Positions 28,712 to 37,503 of a DNA stretch of 64,000 nucleotides are shown piece by piece. The stretch is taken from the NCBI GenBank assembly GCA_034429995.1, contig DAOUEZ010000012.1:15464-79463 (forward strand), given 5' to 3'. The notes beneath the pieces are model-generated. The model did no database searches. It saw only the letters and a list, made by a program, of their open reading frames with translations, and was not told where the DNA came from. The translations under genes and the position numbers were made by a program. The stretch is from Dehalococcoidia bacterium. Lineage in GTDB: Bacteria > Chloroflexota > Dehalococcoidia > SM23-28-2. How positions within the stretch are numbered: position 1 is the stretch's first letter; every line of letters begins with the position of its first letter.

Positions 28712-29585
28712 GGGCCGCTGGCGCAACCTCAAAGACCGTGGGATAGCCAGGGTAGAAATCGCCGTCGAGCTGCACCGGCAGGGGCCTCTCGCTGTGCACC
28801 TCCAGCCGACGCGCCCGTCGGTAGAGGACGGGGCTTGCTCTCAGGTGCGCCTGGGCTGCTACCCGCAGGGTGTGGAAGATGATGTCCAGGGTGTGGCGCC
28901 CCTGAAAGATGCACGTGTCCAAAAGGCCGTCGTCGGCGTAGGCGCGGGACGTCACTTGGGTAATGCCGGCGTAGTTGCGGGTATTGCCCACCACCATCAT
29001 CAGAAGACTGGTCTCCAGTGGCTCATCGTCGACGATCAGCTTGACCCGCTGGCCCCGGTATCGCAGAGATTGGCCGACGGCGATGAAGGCATAGGTAGTA
29101 GCGCCCAGATATCGCTTGATGTTCAAGGGCAGGGAGGCGGCGATCTGCCCGTCCAGGCCTAGGCCGGCCATCAAGAAGAAGTAGCGCGCTTTCCCTCCTG
29201 ACTGCGCGCTGGCCCGACCCAGATCCATGCGCCGCGCCTGACCGCCTACCGCCGCCTCGAGGGCAGCGATGGGCTGGCGAGGGATGCCCACCTCCTTGGC
29301 CCAGACGTTGGCTGTGCCCGCCGGAATGACCGCCAGGGGCGTTTGGCTGCCGGCCAGGCCGTTCACCGCCTCGTTGAGGGTACCGTCGCCGCCGCAGACT
29401 ATCACCAGCGAGCGCTCCTCCTGGGCGGCGCGAGCGGCCATGGCTGTAGCGTCGCCCGGCGAGTGGGTGAAAGCCCAGTCCGCCTGCCAGCCCTGGCTGT
29501 GCAGCCAGGAGGCGGCCTCTCGCAGATGGCGACGGGAGGGCAGATTGGGGGCGGCGGGGTTAACGATTACGGTGGCCGACTGCAT
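28566..29585 (-). CDS. Diacylglycerol kinase catalytic-domain lipid kinase (YegS/BmrU/DagK family)
   Basis: LVIVCGGDGTLNEAVNGL and AVIPAGTANVWAKE motifs; 3' end overlaps recF by 146 bp in Pro-rich tail. Confidence 0.7.
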   Translation of the reverse strand: MQSATVIVNPAAPNLPSRRHLREAASWLHSQGWQADWAFTHSPGDATAMAARAAQEERSLVIVCGGDGTLNEAVNGLAGSQTPLAVIPAGTANVWAKEVGIPRQPIAALEAAVGGQARRMDLGRASAQSGGKARYFFLMAGLGLDGQIAASLPLNIKRYLGATTYAFIAVGQSLRYRGQRVKLIVDDEPLETSLLMMVVGNTRNYAGITQVTSRAYADDGLLDTCIFQGRHTLDIIFHTLRVAAQAHLRASPVLYRRARRLEVHSERPLPVQLDGDFYPGYPTVFEVAPAALTVMVPRKRIPLFRRRKPQPQPPASLQPPGIGSRPSGSLPRSDPAPWP

Positions 29586-29656
29586 GAGTGGTTCGCTCCA
29601 GGGCCATGCTAGCGTCCAGCCAGGGAGGGGGCAAGGGCATTGCGTCGTGGCAGTGG

Positions 29657-30694
29657 CTAGGCTGTCTCTGGAGCTGTTTCCTCTGCCGGCTCGACGGGGG
29701 GCGTCGGGCGCAGGAGCTCCAGGTCGGCTTCGTTCCCTAGCACCATCAGGCGGTCGCCCAACTCCAGGATAGTGGTTCCCCGCGGGCCCACCTGAGTGGC
29801 GCCGCTGGGCTTCTGAAGGGCGAGGACGGTGGTGTCAGGACAGGCCTGGAAGCATCCCTCGATGGTCATGCCGGCCAGTCCCGACTCTTCGCTTGCCTCC
29901 AGTTCCGCCAGGATCTGCTCGCCTTGGTGACCTTTGACTAGGGTGTCGATGAAGTCCACCACCAGGGGCTGGAGAGCGGAGAGGGCCATACGCCGCCCGC
30001 CGATGCTGTAGGGGGAGATGACCCGATCGGCGCCTGCCCGCAGCATTGGCGTTGTGCTGGCCGGCTGGCCCACGCGGGCCACCACGAACAGGCGGGGGTT
30101 GAGGGCCTTGGCGGTGAGGACGATGTAGGTGTTGCCGGAGTCAGAGTCGGAGGCGGCCAGCAGGCAGCGGGCACGCTGGATGCCGGCCTTGAGGAGGGTG
30201 GCGTCGGAGGTGGCATCGCCTTCGACCAGCAGGTAGTTTTGCTTGCGGACTCGCTCTATGGCCTCTGGGTTGGAGTCGACGATGACGAGGGGCACGCCCC
30301 GAGCTGTGAGGTCGCGGGCGATCTCCTCGCCCACCCGGCCGAACCCGCAGAGGATGTAATGGTCACGTAAAGCCTCGATCTTTCCCCTCATTCTACGCAC
30401 CCCCAGTAGACTCTCCAACTCGCCTTCCACGGCTAGCTGCATCACCGCTGTCAGGATGTACAAGATAACCACGATCCCCACGACGATAATAACGATGGTG
30501 AAAACGCGTCCCGCATCCCCTAGCGGGTTGATCTCCCCGAACCCCGCCGTCGTTATGGCCGTGATGGTCTGGTAAGCGGCGTCGAGGAAGCTGAAGCCCT
30601 CGATGGTGATGTAGCCGATAATGCCCACCGCCCACAGAACGAGGGCGGCGGTGCCGCCAAGGGCTAACCTCTGCCAGGGGGTGAGCGGTCTCAC
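29657..30694 (-). CDS. RCK (TrkA-N/TrkA-C)-gated potassium channel, MthK-like
   Basis: Two TM helices flanking pore TTAGFGE selectivity-filter-like sequence; Rossmann GFGRVG of RCK domain; C-terminal TrkA-C. Confidence 0.7.
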   Translation of the reverse strand: MRPLTPWQRLALGGTAALVLWAVGIIGYITIEGFSFLDAAYQTITAITTAGFGEINPLGDAGRVFTIVIIVVGIVVILYILTAVMQLAVEGELESLLGVRRMRGKIEALRDHYILCGFGRVGEEIARDLTARGVPLVIVDSNPEAIERVRKQNYLLVEGDATSDATLLKAGIQRARCLLAASDSDSGNTYIVLTAKALNPRLFVVARVGQPASTTPMLRAGADRVISPYSIGGRRMALSALQPLVVDFIDTLVKGHQGEQILAELEASEESGLAGMTIEGCFQACPDTTVLALQKPSGATQVGPRGTTILELGDRLMVLGNEADLELLRPTPPVEPAEETAPETA

Positions 30695-30730
30695 GCCTGC
30701 AGCTCACCCTTCGCCGCTGGCTTCCGCCTC

Positions 30731-32809
30731 TCAGGCGTCACTGATCCGCCTGCGCTTCTGCGCCACATAGTCCACCATGATGTACTGGCCCAGCCTATCG
30801 GGCGTAGTGTAGAACACTCGCCCCTTGTTCATACTGGCGATCTGATTGACGAACTCCTTGAGGTAATAGTTACGGTCGAGCATGAAGGTGTTGATGATGA
30901 TCCCCTTGCGGGTGGCGCGGCGCACCTCCCTGAGGGTCTCGCGGATGGTGATGGGGCTGGGTGGGTAGGCAAAGAAGGAGCGGCCGTGCTCCAGGTGAGC
31001 GGTGGGCTCGCCGTCGGAGATCATGATCACCTGGCGGGTGCCTGCCTTGTGCCTGGCCAAGAGCCGTTGGGCGAGCATGAAGGCGTGGTGCATGTTGGTG
31101 CCCAGCACCGATTCGTCCCAGCGAAGGTAGGGAAGCTGCTCCGCGGTTAACTCGCGGGCGTAAGCGGAGAAGCCCAGGATGTAGAGGGTGTCGCGGGGGA
31201 ACTGGCTGCGAATGAGGTTGTTCAGGGCCAGAGCCACCTTCTTGGCGGCCTGGAAGCTACCCCGCAGGGCCATGGACCAGGAGAGGTCGAGCATCATCAC
31301 CGTGGCCGTCTGGGTGAGCTGCTCCGAGCGGTAGACCTCGAAGTCGTCCTTGTCCAAGTGCAGAGGCAGGCCCGGCCCCTCGCGGAAGACGGCGTTCATG
31401 ATGGTTTGGCCGAGGTGGAGGTCGAAGCGGTCACCGAACTCGTACCTCTTGATCTCGTCGGTGCGCTCGCCGCCCGAGCCGCGCTCAGGCAAGGGATGCT
31501 TGCCCTGGGCGCCTTTCTTGAGCTGGGCGTAGATCTCGCCCAGGGCCTTCTGGCCGATCTTGCGGATGGCGCGAGGGGTTAGCTCCCAGGTTGCCCCCTT
31601 GCGGCGAATGTAGCCCGCCTCCTCCAGCACCTCCAGGAATTGCCTGAGCTGGCGGAAGGTCTCGTAGGCCTCCTCGCCCAGGAGTTCCCGTAACTTATCC
31701 TCGTCGATGTCGTCGACGTTGCCGCCATACTGCATGCGCTCCAACTGCCTCTCCAGCTCGTCCAGTCCCTGGAGGCGGTCCATGAGGCGCAGGGCCTCAA
31801 GGAGGTCCAGCTCCTCATCGCCGTGGAAGGGATAGCGGTTGCTCGGGTCGCGCATGGGGTGGAGGATGTCCAGATTGACGGCCAGCTCGTACAGGTCGTG
31901 CTGAAGCTCAGGGTCGCTGGTCTTCTCCATCAGCAGGTCCTGAAGCTGGCGGCGCATGTCGTCGGGCAGGCTGTCCAGAAGGCTCTGCATGACGGAGAGC
32001 TGGTGCTGCATTTGGGCGATCAGTTCCTCCAGGCTCTGAGGCCCCGACTCGTCGGGGAACATGTCGCCGTAGCTCTGCATGAACTGCTGGAAGTCCGGCT
32101 GGCCGTCGGCCATCTTCTCGGAGAGCATATGGTTCAGCTCGCGCACCATCTCCTTGAGGCGCTGCATCTCCTCGGGCGTCAGGCTGGCGATCTGGCTGGA
32201 TAGGTTCCTGAAGAAGGAGTCCATCATCGCCTGCTTGAGCATCTCCATGAGCTCCTGGAACTTGCGGCCAGCCTCGGGGTCCATGAACTCGTAGTTCTGC
32301 AGCTCCTTCACCTGGCCGCCCACGTCCTCGGGCAGGCTCTCCAGGAAGTCCTTCTTCTTCTCAGCGATGTCCTTGAGCATCTGGGCGAACTGGCGATCCG
32401 GTTGACCCTGTTGGACGCCGGCCTCCTTCATCGCCTCCTGGAAGGCGTGGAGGGGGCTCTCCCGCCCCTCAAGCTGGCGGACGGCCTCGTCCAGCCGTCG
32501 CTCGACGGTCTCATTCTCCAGCCGCACGATCTCTTGCAGGCGCTTCTGGATGTCGTCGAGCGCTGAGCTCAGGTTGTAGTGGTCAAGCATCTGGCGGCGT
32601 TGCTGGCGAAGCTGCTGCAGGAGCTGGCGCAGGCCCTGGAAGCGCTGGCCGAGGGGATTGTGCATGCCTCGCTGTAACAGGTTGCGCAGGGCGTGCTGAA
32701 GGTCACCGAAGCTCATCAGGTCGTCGGTGATGCTGGCCAGGACGTCGTCGGCGTCCAGGGGCGGTATGTCCTGGCTGCCGTCCCACTCCGAGTAGCGGTA
32801 GGCGTACAT
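30731..32809 (-). CDS. ChlD/NorD-like protein: long coiled-coil Gln/Glu-rich region plus C-terminal VWA domain
   Basis: C-terminal MIDAS MMLDLSWSMA...ISDGEPT; operonic with ChlI-like ATPase (1-bp spacing). Confidence 0.6.
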   Translation of the reverse strand: MYAYRYSEWDGSQDIPPLDADDVLASITDDLMSFGDLQHALRNLLQRGMHNPLGQRFQGLRQLLQQLRQQRRQMLDHYNLSSALDDIQKRLQEIVRLENETVERRLDEAVRQLEGRESPLHAFQEAMKEAGVQQGQPDRQFAQMLKDIAEKKKDFLESLPEDVGGQVKELQNYEFMDPEAGRKFQELMEMLKQAMMDSFFRNLSSQIASLTPEEMQRLKEMVRELNHMLSEKMADGQPDFQQFMQSYGDMFPDESGPQSLEELIAQMQHQLSVMQSLLDSLPDDMRRQLQDLLMEKTSDPELQHDLYELAVNLDILHPMRDPSNRYPFHGDEELDLLEALRLMDRLQGLDELERQLERMQYGGNVDDIDEDKLRELLGEEAYETFRQLRQFLEVLEEAGYIRRKGATWELTPRAIRKIGQKALGEIYAQLKKGAQGKHPLPERGSGGERTDEIKRYEFGDRFDLHLGQTIMNAVFREGPGLPLHLDKDDFEVYRSEQLTQTATVMMLDLSWSMALRGSFQAAKKVALALNNLIRSQFPRDTLYILGFSAYARELTAEQLPYLRWDESVLGTNMHHAFMLAQRLLARHKAGTRQVIMISDGEPTAHLEHGRSFFAYPPSPITIRETLREVRRATRKGIIINTFMLDRNYYLKEFVNQIASMNKGRVFYTTPDRLGQYIMVDYVAQKRRRISDA

Positions 32810-32810
32810 C

Positions 32811-34211
32811 CTACCCCCTATACTGGGCCCGGCCGGCGATCTTGTCCTTGTTGAGGCGTCGGTTGAGGTGCAGGCCCTCCAGCACGAACTCCACCGCCGC
32901 GGCCGTGAGGCCGGGTCGGCCTTGCCCCTCCAGCTTCTCCACTGCCCGTGCCAGTCCCTCCACCTTCTTAGTCATGCGCACGTATTCGGCGGAAGGGATG
33001 GTGTCGGCCACCTCCAGCGTAAACCCTTCCTTGAAGCGAGCCACCACCGGCTCCAGCTCGCTGAGGCTTAGATGGCGGTTGAACACCGTGCTCACCGCCC
33101 CCTGGATGAACTTCTCGATGATCTGCCCTTCTCGCTCTTCCTCCACCGTCTCGAACTCCAGCTTGCCGCTAAGGGAGGGGATGATGTAGGGCAGGTCGCT
33201 GATGCGGGGCACGATGTCTCTTTCCTGCAGGCGAATGGCGCGGCGGAAGGCGTTGGCCAGGAGGCTCTCGTAGCCGGTGATGGAGGCCCGCACGGAGACG
33301 CCGGAGCGCTGGTTGATATCGGGGCTGCGGCGAGCCAGGCGGGTGATCTCGGCCACCACTTCCTTCATGTAGGGCGGCACAGTTACCGGACGGCCGTCTC
33401 CTTCGAAGGGGGTGCGCTCCTGCTCCATGATGGCGATCTCGTATTCGGCGTTGCGGGGATAATGGGTGCGAATCTGAGCGCCGTAGCGGTCCTTGAGGGG
33501 GGTGATGATGCGGCCGCGATTGGTGTAGTCCTCGGGGTTGGCGCTGGCCACTACGAAGACGTCCAGGGGCAGGCGGATGCGATAGCCGCGGATCTGGACG
33601 TCTCGCTCTTCCATGATGTTGAAGAGGCCCACCTGGATGCGCTCCACCAGGTCTGGGAGCTCGTTGATGCAGAAGATGCTGCGGTTGTGGCGAGGGATGA
33701 GGCCGTAGTGAATGGTCAGCTCATCGGAGAGGTAGCGGCCCTCGGCCACCCTTATGGGGTCCACCTCGCCGATGAGGTCGGCGATGGTGATGTCGGGGGT
33801 GGCCAGCTTCTCGCCGTAGCGCTCGTCGCGACCGAGCCAGGTGATCTCCACGTCCTCTCCCTCTTCGGCCAGCCAGTCGCGGCAGCGCTTGCAGATGGGG
33901 TGATAGGGGTTGTCGTTGATCTCGCAGCCGGCGATGGCCGGCACTTCGTCGTCGAGCAGTGATACAAGGGCGCGAATAAGGCGCGACTTGGCCTGCCCCC
34001 TCTCGCCCAGGAAGATGATGTCCTGGCCGGAGAGGATGGCGTTCTCCAGGTGGGGAATCACGGTATCGTCAAAGCCAATAATGCCCGGGAAAAGCCGCTC
34101 GTTGGAGCGGATCTTCGCGATGAGGTTCCGGCGCATCTCCTCCTTGACGCTGCATACCTGGTAGCCGGAGCTGCGTAGCTCACCAATGGTTGTCGGTTTC
34201 TTGCTGGTCAC
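32811..34211 (-). CDS. ChlI/BchI-like AAA+ ATPase (Mg-chelatase I-subunit family)
   Basis: Walker A GERGQAKS, Cys-containing insertion (CEINDNPYHPICKRCRD) as in ChlI, Walker B/sensor region FCINELPDL, arginine finger region. Confidence 0.65.
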   Translation of the reverse strand: MTSKKPTTIGELRSSGYQVCSVKEEMRRNLIAKIRSNERLFPGIIGFDDTVIPHLENAILSGQDIIFLGERGQAKSRLIRALVSLLDDEVPAIAGCEINDNPYHPICKRCRDWLAEEGEDVEITWLGRDERYGEKLATPDITIADLIGEVDPIRVAEGRYLSDELTIHYGLIPRHNRSIFCINELPDLVERIQVGLFNIMEERDVQIRGYRIRLPLDVFVVASANPEDYTNRGRIITPLKDRYGAQIRTHYPRNAEYEIAIMEQERTPFEGDGRPVTVPPYMKEVVAEITRLARRSPDINQRSGVSVRASITGYESLLANAFRRAIRLQERDIVPRISDLPYIIPSLSGKLEFETVEEEREGQIIEKFIQGAVSTVFNRHLSLSELEPVVARFKEGFTLEVADTIPSAEYVRMTKKVEGLARAVEKLEGQGRPGLTAAAVEFVLEGLHLNRRLNKDKIAGRAQYRG

Positions 34212-35263
34212 GGCGCTTCCTTGCTGGCTCCTCGTGCCCCACCCCCTTGCCCCTCCTGGGCGAGGAAGCGAGCCACCTCATCCCTGGCGAATGTGGACAG
34301 GGCCATCGTGCCGCCGCCACGTTTTCCTATTATAACGCCCGCATCCTTTGGTGTAACCGTGCCGATGCGCGCGGCAGCTATGCCTGCCTCCTCCAGAGCG
34401 GCCAGGAGTCGGTCGCTGTCCTGCGGGGGTAGGGCTATGAGCAGGGCACCCGAAGCGAGCAGCCCCAGCGGGTCCAGCCCCGCTGCCTGGCACACGGCCC
34501 GAGTGGCTGGCAGCACGGACACCGCCGCCTCTTCGAGCCGCATTCCCACGTCCGAGGCCTCGGCCATCTCATAGAGGGCGGTGGCCAGACCTCCTTCGGT
34601 GGGGTCGTGCATGGCGTGGACGGAGGTCTTGTCCACCGCCAGGAGGGCCTCCCTGACCACGCTGATGCCCGGCTGGAAGATGTAGCCCCTGGCCGTCTCC
34701 AGCACGTCGGCGGCCACGCCCTTGCGGCGCAGGGCATCCGCTGCCTCGCGGGCGAGCACCGCCGTGCCCTCGATGGCGATGCCCTTGGTCAGGATCACGT
34801 GGTCGCCCGGCTGGGCTCCCGACCCTCGCACCAGCCTGTCGCGTTCCACCTCCCCCAGCATTGCCCCCACCACGATCGGCCGGTCGAGGCGATGGGTGAT
34901 CTCGAAGTGGCCGCCGACGAGCTCGACCTTCATTTGGCGGCAGGCGTCGAGGATCTGGTCGAATATGCCCTCCGCCAGCGACTGGCCGGCCCCCTCGGGC
35001 AGGAGGACGGTGGCCAGGAACCAGGCCGGCCTGGCCCCCATGCAGGCCACGTCGTTGGCGTTGATGTGGACGGCGTACCAGCCGATGAGGTCGGTGGCGA
35101 AGGTGATGGGGTCGCTTTTGGCCACCAGCAGCCGGGGGCCCATGTCGATGACGGCAGCGTCCTGGCCCACCCCCGGCCCCACCAGCACGCGCCCCGACTC
35201 GTCGGGGCCGATGCGGGCCAGCAGCTGGCCTAGGAGCTGATTGGGAAGCTTGCCGATATCCAT
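34208..35263 (-). CDS. AIR-synthase-related protein (PurM fold; HypE-like but lacking C-terminal PRIC motif)
   Basis: AKSDPITFATD and INANDVACMGA motifs align to HypE/ThiL/PurM N-domain; DPTEGGL in C-domain; C-terminus GASKEAP (no PRIC); 4-bp overlap with downstream ATPase gene. Confidence 0.55.
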   Translation of the reverse strand: MDIGKLPNQLLGQLLARIGPDESGRVLVGPGVGQDAAVIDMGPRLLVAKSDPITFATDLIGWYAVHINANDVACMGARPAWFLATVLLPEGAGQSLAEGIFDQILDACRQMKVELVGGHFEITHRLDRPIVVGAMLGEVERDRLVRGSGAQPGDHVILTKGIAIEGTAVLAREAADALRRKGVAADVLETARGYIFQPGISVVREALLAVDKTSVHAMHDPTEGGLATALYEMAEASDVGMRLEEAAVSVLPATRAVCQAAGLDPLGLLASGALLIALPPQDSDRLLAALEEAGIAAARIGTVTPKDAGVIIGKRGGGTMALSTFARDEVARFLAQEGQGGGARGASKEAP

Positions 35264-35306
35264 CGTGGTTGGGTCACCATCGAGACTCTTGGCAAATGCC
35301 CCGTTC

Positions 35307-35438
35307 GCCCTTCGACAGGCCCTTCGGCTGCGCTCAGGACAGGCCCTTCGGCCGCGCTCAGGGCAGGCCCTTCGACAGGCTCAGGGTGAGCGGTCTTGAG
35401 TCCTATGCATATCGCCGCTCGTGGTGAGCCTGTCGAAC
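35307..35438. repeat. Cluster of REP-like repeats (three tandem caggcccttcg..gctcagg units plus inverted copy), SLSKGE-type family
   Basis: Direct reading; core ttcgacaggctcagggtgagcgg is reverse-complement match (1 mismatch) of element at 12767-12837; spurious ORF here translates PEPVEGPALSAAEGP. Confidence 0.65.
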
Positions 35439-35649
35439 CATGAACGGACATGCGGGGTATTTCAACAGGCTGCATCGTTTCCCGAAGCCTTGGCTCGAAT
35501 CATACTATGTGGCGACGTGGCGTCAAGCCAGATGGGCCTGGCTGTCTTCCATCGCGGCTCTTCCCTTGCCAGCCCTCGCGGCTGCGAGTAGAATAGGGCC
35601 GCCGTCGAGGCGTGACGTTACGTAGCGAGCTTCCAGGAGGGCGAGGCAA

Positions 35650-36699
35650 ATGGCAAACGACGAGCACGTCAGGGTAGTGCGGCAGGGCGCGGAGGCCATA
35701 GCCGAGTGGCGGTGGCGGAACCCCACGGGGGGGCTTGATCTGTCCGGGGCTCGCCTCGCGGAGGCTATGCTACCCCAAGCGGACCTCGTTTTGGGGGACC
35801 TGAGCAGGGCGGACCTCCATGAGGCTAACCTGGCCGGGGCTCTTCTGTCGTTCGCTAACCTCGACCGGGCCTACCTTTTGGGCGCCAACCTCTCAGGGGC
35901 CGACCTCAGAGGGGCGTGGCTGGGGGAGGTGAACTTCGCATTTGCGGATCTAGAAGGGGCCAATCTCAGCGAGGCCTTTCTCCACGGTACTAGGTTCGAG
36001 GCGTCCGTGGTGTCCCAGGCTGATTTCTCGAACGCCAAGTTAAGCTACGCGTCTTTCGCTGGCGTGGATCTGAGCCAGGCTCGTGGGTTGGGAAGGGCCG
36101 ACCACAGGGCGCCTAGCAGCGTCGGCGTCGAAAGCCTCCTAGCCTCGGTGCGTGGAGCGGGAAACCAGCTGACGCCGGACCTCCGGACGTTCTTCCGAAG
36201 CGCCGGCGTGCCCGCGGAGCTGCTGGAGGCGCTACCCCGGATCGTAGCCGCGGTGCAATACTACAGCTGCTTCGTTGCCTATGGGGAGCCTGACGTGGCA
36301 TTCGCTCGCGAGCTGTGCGAGCACCTAACGGGTAAGGGTGTCTCTTGCTGGCTGTATGAAATGCACGCGACCCCGGGCCAGCGCACGTGGACCGAGATCG
36401 TCCGCAGGAGGCGGGAAGCCGACAAGGTCGTGGTGGTCTGCTCCGCCGATGCGCTGGTGCGCGACGGGGTGCTCAAGGAGATCGAGGAACAAGTAGATGA
36501 AGATCCTGACAAGATCGTCCCGATCTCCCTGGATGACCTCTGGAAGGCACCCGGCTTCAGGGTCATGCGCGCAGAGCGTGACCTAAAGCCCTATTTGCTG
36601 GAGCGGAACCACGCGGACTTCGCCAACCTCGACTACGAGGACGCGCTGGAGCGTCTACTAAAGGGGCTGAGGCGAGAAACCGAGCAGAAGGACGAGTAG
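35650..36699 (+). CDS. Pentapeptide-repeat / TIR-domain fusion protein
   Basis: N-terminal residues approx 28-170 are A(D/N)LxxA(N/D)L pentapeptide repeats; C-terminal CFVAYGEPDVAFARELCEHLTGKGVSCWLYE...KVVVVCSADALVRDGVLKEIEEQ matches TIR_2 pattern (FxSY..D..FA..L...L...G...W...vvvlS...SxW...E) including candidate catalytic Glu. Confidence 0.55.
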   Translation: MANDEHVRVVRQGAEAIAEWRWRNPTGGLDLSGARLAEAMLPQADLVLGDLSRADLHEANLAGALLSFANLDRAYLLGANLSGADLRGAWLGEVNFAFADLEGANLSEAFLHGTRFEASVVSQADFSNAKLSYASFAGVDLSQARGLGRADHRAPSSVGVESLLASVRGAGNQLTPDLRTFFRSAGVPAELLEALPRIVAAVQYYSCFVAYGEPDVAFARELCEHLTGKGVSCWLYEMHATPGQRTWTEIVRRRREADKVVVVCSADALVRDGVLKEIEEQVDEDPDKIVPISLDDLWKAPGFRVMRAERDLKPYLLERNHADFANLDYEDALERLLKGLRRETEQKDE

Positions 36700-36915
36700 G
36701 CCGTCCTGCCGCTGGCTAGCGCCCCGGCCAAACGTTGACACCTATCGGAACCTGCTGCTAAACTCAGGCGAATGGACGGAGCCCCGGTCTGAATGTAGCC
36801 TGCTCTTGCTGGTGGTGGAAGCCCGGCAAGGTGGTGGAGGGAGATCGAAGAGCTACTTCTAGACTTCGTCGAGTACGTCTACGACCTCATCGAGTGGCCA
36901 GGGGTCATCGCCCTG

Positions 36916-37494
36916 ATGGCCATCGAGAGTGCCTGCATCCCCCTCCCCAGCGAGATCATCATGCCCCTGGCCGGCTGGTTTCTGGTGGACGACCGCGGGC
37001 TGGGGGTGGAGTGGCTGCTGCTGGCTGCCTTTTGCGGCGCCCTGGGCAACCTGATTGGCTCTCTGATGGCCTACGCCGTGGGGGCCTGGGGCGGTCGGCC
37101 GCTCCTTCTGCGCTACGGGCGCTATCTGCTCATCTCCCGCCACGAAGTGGAGCAGGCCGAGCGCTGGTTCGCCCGCTACGGCGATCGGGCGGTCTTCATC
37201 TCGCGGGTGCTGCCAGTAGTACGCACCTTCATCAGCTTGCCGGCGGGGGTCGCCCGCATGAACATCTGGCGGTTCACCATCCTCACCTTCGTCGGGTCCT
37301 TCCCCTGGTCGCTGGGGCTGGCCTGGGCGGGCTTCCTTCTGGGCGAGAACTGGGAGCGGATCAGGGAGTGGATGCGTCCGGCGGACATACCCATCCTGAT
37401 AGTCCTGGCAGCGCTGGTGGCCTGGTACATATATCGACGGGTGCGCACTGTTCTGCGGGAGGCTGAGCCCTCGGTGTCGGGCAGTAAGGAGTAG
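36916..37494 (+). CDS. DedA family membrane protein (N-terminus possibly truncated/mis-started)
   Basis: PLAGWF..., GRYLLISRHEVEQAERWFARYGDRAVFISRVLPVVRTFISLPAGV DedA motifs; 39 DedA-like codons upstream in frame without a start codon. Confidence 0.7.
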   Translation: MAIESACIPLPSEIIMPLAGWFLVDDRGLGVEWLLLAAFCGALGNLIGSLMAYAVGAWGGRPLLLRYGRYLLISRHEVEQAERWFARYGDRAVFISRVLPVVRTFISLPAGVARMNIWRFTILTFVGSFPWSLGLAWAGFLLGENWERIREWMRPADIPILIVLAALVAWYIYRRVRTVLREAEPSVSGSKE

Positions 37495-37503
37495 CGGTCG
37501 ACT

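Noticed and set aside
34208-35263. Annotating the AIRS-fold gene as hydrogenase maturation factor HypE
   Set aside because: HypE proteins end in the conserved PRIC motif, whose Cys is carbamoylated and dehydrated to thiocyanate. This protein ends ...GASKEAP with no C-terminal Cys, so only the fold assignment is kept.
35230-35475. 81-aa ORF translating to PEPVEGPALSAAEGPVLSAAEGPVEGR
   Set aside because: It is a translation of the REP-like tandem repeats, not a gene. The same holds for ORF 12739-12945 (LILSLSKGERGL).
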